Below are positions 54,191-64,000 of a DNA stretch of 64,000 nucleotides, piece after piece. Below the pieces are notes generated by a model. It did not search any database and had not been told where the DNA came from. It saw only the letters and a program-made list of their open reading frames with translations. The translations under genes and the position numbers were made by a program. The stretch spans positions 144,621-208,620 of the forward strand of contig NW_005434583.1 of the NCBI RefSeq assembly GCF_000315625.1, in the 5' to 3' direction. Every line of letters begins with the position of its first letter. The first letter of the stretch is position 1. The stretch is from Guillardia theta CCMP2712 (Eukaryota; Protista; Cryptophyta).

Positions 54191-56034
54191 TCCATGTACA
54201 AGTTGAGGATCGCTGCACCAATCTCGCTCGATCGCTCGCTAGGCCAGGAAGAGATGGTCTGCAGCGCACTGATGAACGAGTCGATACAAAAAGCTGCAAG
54301 CTTACCTCGGGAGCAAAGAGGGACCCGATACAGTCTTTCTGACTTTCTTCCTGAAAAAGACAGTCAGGAGAGGAAAAATACTTGTGTATCCTTTCCCACA
54401 AGGACATACGTTCAAAGCTTAGAACCGATTAAGGGCCACATGATGTGTGGCGTATGGAAAAGCAAGAGAAGATAGGTTGTGAGGATGGAAGATAGACAAA
54501 ATTGATTGATTTTCCGAAGATAGGTTAAGCATGCCATGTACAAATACGTGAGAGAACAAAGAATGTTTCCAAATCAAACAAGCGGTACAAGTTGTTCCTT
54601 CAACAAAGAATAGAAGTGAGGCAGCTCAAAAGCGGAAAGACGAAGGTGAATGCGTTTCACGAGCCACATAATGCATGAAACAAACAGTGCAGTGAGCTTG
54701 AGGAACGATGAGAGTTCGGGTGCAAATGGACAACGGCGATGTCGCAAATTCATTTAGAACTCGCAATGCGCCAGGTACACGAGCGAAAGAATTCACGAAA
54801 TTCTGAGGAGAATGAAGATTTAAGCCCCAATGACAGGAACGAAGACACTTGTCGTCGCTCAAGGCAGAAGACATGCCGTCTGGGGTGGCGAGGGAGGCAA
54901 GGGAGGCAAGGCAAGCAACGGAGGCGAGCAAGGCAGGACACCTTGACAGTTGGGACCACGCAAAAGATGCAGGAGCAGATGATGGTGAAGGGCAACAAGA
55001 CAAGGGAGAGACCAAAGGAAGCACTGTGCCAGGAGGAGGAGGAGGCAAAGGAACAGCGCATGGCGATCACGAAGCGAAGCGCGAGGTAAGGAGATGGCAA
55101 AAGCCATGGCGCAGTGTGGCAGAGGAATTTGAAAGGGGTAGGGTAGGTTGATCAGGGGTGAAGAGAACTCCATGACCGGTGTATGATGCAATGTCATACC
55201 TAAGTACCCCTTATGAAACATAAACATTAGGGGTGTTAATTATTTGAAAGGGGTACTTCAACAAATGAGGTGGTCAGGGTGGTGAAACCTTGTACCCCTT
55301 AAGTGGGGTGGTGAATTCAATTTTTGAAGAGCGACGAGTAGGAGCAGAAAAGAAGGGGGTAGGGGTTGTTCATACCACCGGTGAATTAATATTCCAAAAC
55401 ATGGGAACAAAGAGGGTAGGGGGTGTATCTGAACACCCCTCATGGACGGTTATCCTGTACGACCCCACCTGGCTCATTCTCTGTTCTTGTGGCCAAGGAA
55501 AGGGGGTAGGGGTGATACCACGGGGAAAATAAGATTGCTCAAGAGGGTGGGGTATATCACCCCTACCCACATACTCAGCTGATTGATGGCTCATCAATAT
55601 GGTAGGGGTGACAGCACGACAAATCATTCGGGTGGAAATGGAATCAGGGGGTACTCTCATAAAAAGGGGGGTGATCGATGGGAAACTAGGGGGTGTTCAG
55701 GTGAAACGAAGTTTGCAAGTTTTCAGGGTGCGAAGTTTTCAATTTTGCGATTCCGACTCTCAAGTTATGGAGACGGAAGTTCGGAATCTGAGAGTCGGAA
55801 ACCGTATCACTGAAACTCCGGCAGCGGCGGCCCGGATCGGACAGTGGGCCCGGCCTGTCACGGTGACAGTGGTAGTGGCACCGTGGGGGCAAGCCCGGGC
55901 CGCCGCGGGCGGCCGCCGGGCGGCTGCGCGCCGCTTCCGAAGTTCCGTGACTCGCAGTGACGCGGCTGAGCTCCGGGCCCTGATCGGGCCGTTCGGACTC
56001 CGGCGGCGGGCTCCGACCTTCGTTCACTGGTTGT

Positions 56035-56904
56035 TCAATCGTCGTTATCATGCACATGGTCAAGCAGATTCTTGCGAATAGCCCAATCACAGAACTCATC
56101 GAACAAGATTTGCCCGCCGCCATTTGAATCAATCTACAAAGAATGCAAATGTAAGCGATTGGATAGTCAAGTGAAGTATGCTTCTGTGATGGTTGATACC
56201 AAGTGTCAAGTTCTGTATGGACTTACCTCATGAAATGTTTTCACCGGGTCCTGAATTTCCATCCCCCAAGAAATCAGCCTGAAATGTCGGGCATGAGCAA
56301 TGTTCTCATAGCTAACATTGATCTGTCACTCACTGTGGCGTCGCAGCCTTGAATTCGTTGAGATCGACTCTCCTATCTTGTCTGCCATGATCGCATAAGG
56401 GACACACACAGCCGCACAGCGCCCTCTTACCCTTGATCCATGCTGGCAAAAATCTGAAACAGCTCGAAGTACTGCTTCAGGTACACCAAGAGCATGCGGA
56501 ATTCGACACGCGAGACGTAATCGTCTTCACGACCTCCCTTGCCCTTCTTCAATCCCTTAGAAGCTTGAAATGCCCGCATGATGGCAGGCTTGCAGTTGTA
56601 AAGAGCGTCGAGCCCGAAAGACTGTCGTTTCAAACACGCAAGACTTCAGATCCGCGGCTCGGATTTCAAAGGAAGAATGGAAGGAGCGGATCAATTGAAG
56701 ACAGTCACCTCGCGGAGCCCTTTGTCAATCTCAGCAAGCGAGAGATAGCCGTTTCCATTGGGATCAAATTGCTTGAAGAGAGTACTCCTCTTACTTTTGT
56801 CCTCGTCAGACTGATGTTCAAAATGGTCAGTGATCCTAGTCTTTGGGGAATGATGGCACCTTGGATGTTGGAAGCCTTGAAGCGATTTCACCGAGACTCG
56901 ACAT
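56035..56904 (-). CDS. Flagellar calcium-binding protein (calflagin/FCaBP)-like EF-hand protein
   Basis: Spliced MSSLGEIASRLPTSK|SDEDKSKRSTLFKQFDPNGNGYLSLAEIDKGLRE|..KPAIMRAFQASK..DDYVSRVEFRMLLVYLKQYFELFQIFASMD|..DRRVDLNEFKAA|LISWGMEIQDPVKTFHE|IDSNGGGQILFDEFCDWAIRKNL..*. Confidence 0.88.
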
Positions 56905-58144
56905 TCCAAAGTTCAACTATAATCAAACACTCATCAGTCAAGGCAACTGGCCTCACAACGAAATCGCAGCGAAACATTCTTTTCCGTTCTAGATCAGTTC
57001 TAGACCTCTTCCAACAATACTGGGTCACTTTCCCTGTTATCGGAGTCAATAGCAATCTTGGTGACTAGATCTAACGTGTCGCCATTTCGCTTGTCTTGCC
57101 TTGCCTTGCCTTGCCTTGCCTTGCCTTGCCTCCCTCCCCCTTCTCCTCTGCTGGCGTGGAAGCAAATTTTATCTACTGTAGTCGGGGCATCAAACCCAGC
57201 TGCCCTACCCCATGTATCCCAAATGTACCCCTCATTTTATGGTTATATTACCCCTGCCTTTGATATTCCAACGCATACCTACGACCACCCCCCACCCACA
57301 TTTTGTATCAATCCACAGCTCGGAGTCGCCGGCTTTTAACCGGTCAGGCCGGGCCCGACTTACTGGAATCACTAGGTTCAGCGAGCTGCCCTCAGAACTC
57401 TGTGGATCTTTACTTTTGCACCCCTACCCCAATAATTCATATGATTTACTACCGGTACTTGACCTCCGTGCGGGTCCACCCCAGAGACTTAAACACCTCC
57501 CCTCCAAAAGGACTACCCTCCATTTTCCCTATGAAGCAGTCCAGAAAGTATGGTGGGGTAGATAAGTCTAAAAGGGGGGTACAGAATAGACCTGAAGGAT
57601 CCATGTGAGGGGTGGGGTACTACCCCCTCAAATAGGATGCAATTGTGCGTAACAGTGGGGGTACTTGTTGTGCAGTGGTAAAGTTTGGATTGGAATAAAT
57701 ATGTCGGGGAGCAGTGGAGGTAAAGCGCGGAGGTGGCGGGGTCATGGCAGAGTTCGGAACAGAGGAAGCAAGACGAAAGATGAGCGAAGAGCAGGAGCTG
57801 AGTAAGAGCAAGGATTTCATGGCATAGAGGACAGAGAGTAGGGGAAAGGGAGGAGTGACTCCAAGGGTTCCAAGGAATTCGAACAATGGCAGTAATTTCT
57901 ATGGAAATCTACATGCCCACCGGTAAGGCTCAGATGAAATTTGATGAGATTGTAGCCTCAGTAGTGCACGACGGAGGGCACAGGAGGAGCAGGAGCAGGG
58001 AGATGTGTAGCAAGTACCCCCGTTTCTCTTGCAAGTCATTCACATGAGTTCACAGTTACCATGCACCAACACCGCTGATCTTCGCTCCCTCAAAGGCCCC
58101 TGAGCAACTGGGGACGTCAACCAGCGATTGAATCCGCAACTTCG

Positions 58145-58227
58145 CTCGAGCCAGCATGCAGACATAGCGGGAGCGATATGAAATCTCGAGCCAGCATGCA
58201 GACATAGCGGGAGCGATATGAAATCTC
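58145..58227 (+). repeat. Perfect 40-bp tandem duplication
   Basis: ctcgagccagcatgcagacatagcgggagcgatatgaaat x2. Confidence 0.95.
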
Positions 58228-59663
58228 AGATTGAGGAGCAGGTAGAGCATGTCCTCAAGATCATATCCCGGCAGGCTCCCCGACCGAGCCAGGGGCCCAC
58301 GACAGTCCGAGGGAGAGTTGTGTCGCAACATGCAGGGAGCAAGGATGCTGGGACGCAGACGGAAGACGCAAACACATGGATACAAGTGAAAGATGGACAC
58401 ATCAATCTGTTCAACCACCATCCTCTGCCGGTTGTTCCGGCCAGAGTGAGCCATGCTGAGAATATGGAGAGCCTGTCGGAGGCCAAGGCGGACAGGATCG
58501 CTAGGGACGACGCGAGGCTGGCAGATGAGCTGCTGCAAGAGGCGAAGGAGCTGCGGCAAGCCGGGAAGGAGGAGGAGAGCAAGGAGATGGGGCTGGAGTC
58601 GAAAGATCTGTTGAAGAAGCTTCAGCTGATGGTCCGTAACGAGTAGGGGGAGGCCAGGAGGAGGAGGAGGAAGAGGAGGATGAGGAGGAGGAGGAGGAGG
58701 AGGAGGAGGAGGAGGAGGAAAACAGGAGGTGGGAGAGGGGAAGGGGGAAGGAGGAGGATGACATGTCCTTGCAGATCAAGAGGAAAGAGTTTGCAACGAG
58801 AGAGAAAGAGTTCTTTGACAAGAGAATCGAAAAGGTTGGAGCATCGGCCTTGGTTGTGATGTGAATGACTGGAGGCGTCAGATCGAGCATGAGCTGCCGA
58901 GCCTGAAGAGCAAGACAGTCCCTGAGGACAAGGCGATCAACCAACTTCGAATCACCTCCGATGAGGAGAGGAGGAGGATCTGCCGAGACCCCAAGTACTG
59001 GAAGACGAAGTTGTGCAGGAGTGAGTTGAAAGCCTTACGATGCTGAACCTCCCTCCTTGCCCTCCTGGTGTCTCCTTGCCCTCCTTGCCCTCCCCGTGTC
59101 TCCTTGCCCTCCTTGCCCTCCTCTTGTCTCCTTGCCCTCCTTGCCCTCCTCGTCTCTTCTCGTTGCCTGTCAGTTCACAACTGATCTTCTTGTGTCCTTG
59201 CAGCAATCTTTCAGATCGACCGTCACTCAGGTGCTGAACATGCTGGACGGCAACTGATCGCCCTGACTGCCTTCCAGCAAGCAACCACCTTGCTTCTCAC
59301 GTCGTTCGCAACATCTCCACTGCACCGGCAAACTCCACCTTGCCATCGCCTTCCTCCTCCACAGAATCCCATGCTCGCTCAGCCGCCTGCTGTGGTTCGA
59401 ACCATTCATTGGTCTCCTCCCTCGCGTACCAGACGGACAAGGTGAAGGTAACGGCAAACGAAGCAGCGGCAAATGGAGAAGGGGCAGGGGCAGGTGCAGG
59501 GGCAGGAGCACGAAGAGGAGCAGGAGCAGGAGCAGGAGCGGGAACAGGAGCAGGAGCAGGAGCAGGCATTCATTCGATTTTCACCAACGAGGTCATTATG
59601 TCTATCATCTGGACTTTCGTGCTTTTGGTTTGTGGAATCACAATGACCGTCCTATGGAGAAGG

Positions 59664-59705
<42 letters not shown>

Positions 59706-60007
59706 GCTTCTTATGCTTCTCTTCCTCCTCCTCCTGCTCCTCCTCCTCCTCATGCCCCTGCCCCTGCTTTTCCATCTCCCCTTCCCCTGCTCCTGCAACG
59801 CTCTCTCATCTCCTCTCCTCGTCCTCCTGCCCCTGCTCCTTCTCGATTTTCCTGCCCCTCTCACCGCACCCGCAGGTACAAGTCAAGCCAGCGGGGGAGG
59901 CAAGGTGAGCTTCTTTCCTGTCTTTGCTCTCGTGCTGACCTCCACCTCTCCCCCAGCTGAAGCGAGCAAGTACGGAGGATGCGAGTCCAGCAGCCCTCCA
60001 CCTAGTT
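58218..60007 (+). CDS. Hypothetical coiled-coil protein with C-terminal transmembrane helix (model uncertain)
   Basis: ORF 58218-58646 and downstream exons, including DPKYWKTKLCR and TM VIMSIIWTFVLLVCGITMTVLW. Confidence 0.4.
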
Positions 60008-60041
60008 GAGCATGTAAACGTGTCCACCCCCAGCTACCTCC

Positions 60042-64000
<3,959 letters not shown>

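Noticed and set aside
54700-55151. Small plus-strand ORFs
   Set aside because: No recognisable motif or consistent exon model, so they cannot be supported.
58985-59020. KYWKTKLCR as a CCCH zinc finger
   Set aside because: Only the lead-in and first Cys are visible; the remaining C-C-H ligands were not found in the next exons.

Overview
Gene-dense eukaryotic nuclear DNA, most consistent with a cryptophyte alga (Guillardia/Hanusia-like; inferred from the 42-55 nt GT-AG introns, (GAG)n/(CTCCTG)n microsatellite-filled introns and lineage-typical IPT/TIG-like repeats). It has three N-gaps. No rRNA, tRNA, CRISPR array or intact transposon was recognised. Reconstructed genes, left to right: (1) a giant secreted Ig/IPT-repeat protein of >4,500 aa on the minus strand, running off the left edge, with a higher-order 267-bp tandem array, a LamG-like domain and a segment resembling a polinton penton insertion domain; (2) a canonical poly(A) polymerase fused in one uninterrupted exon to a full-length Clp1 whose RNA-kinase clasp/lid motifs are degenerate (top finding); (3) an inverted, internally deleted partial copy of the neighbouring channel gene that forms a long fold-back; (4) a polycystin-2/TRPP-like channel with extracellular CUB and EF-hand-like elements and a C-terminal C2 domain; (5) an Fn3-associated + WW protein; (6) an ankyrin + Mut-7/EXD3-like DEDDy 3'-5' exonuclease; (7) a type II membrane collagen-like protein; (8) a PCGF/BMI1-like RING-RAWUL protein; (9) a Cys-rich secreted protein; (10) a PH-domain protein; (11) an IQ-repeat coiled-coil protein; (12) a LIN54/tesmin CRC protein; (13) a calflagin-like EF-hand protein; (14) a membrane-anchored hypothetical; (15) a GT41 (OGT/SPINDLY-like) glycosyltransferase running off the right edge. 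All identifications are by eye from motifs, and no database searches were run.
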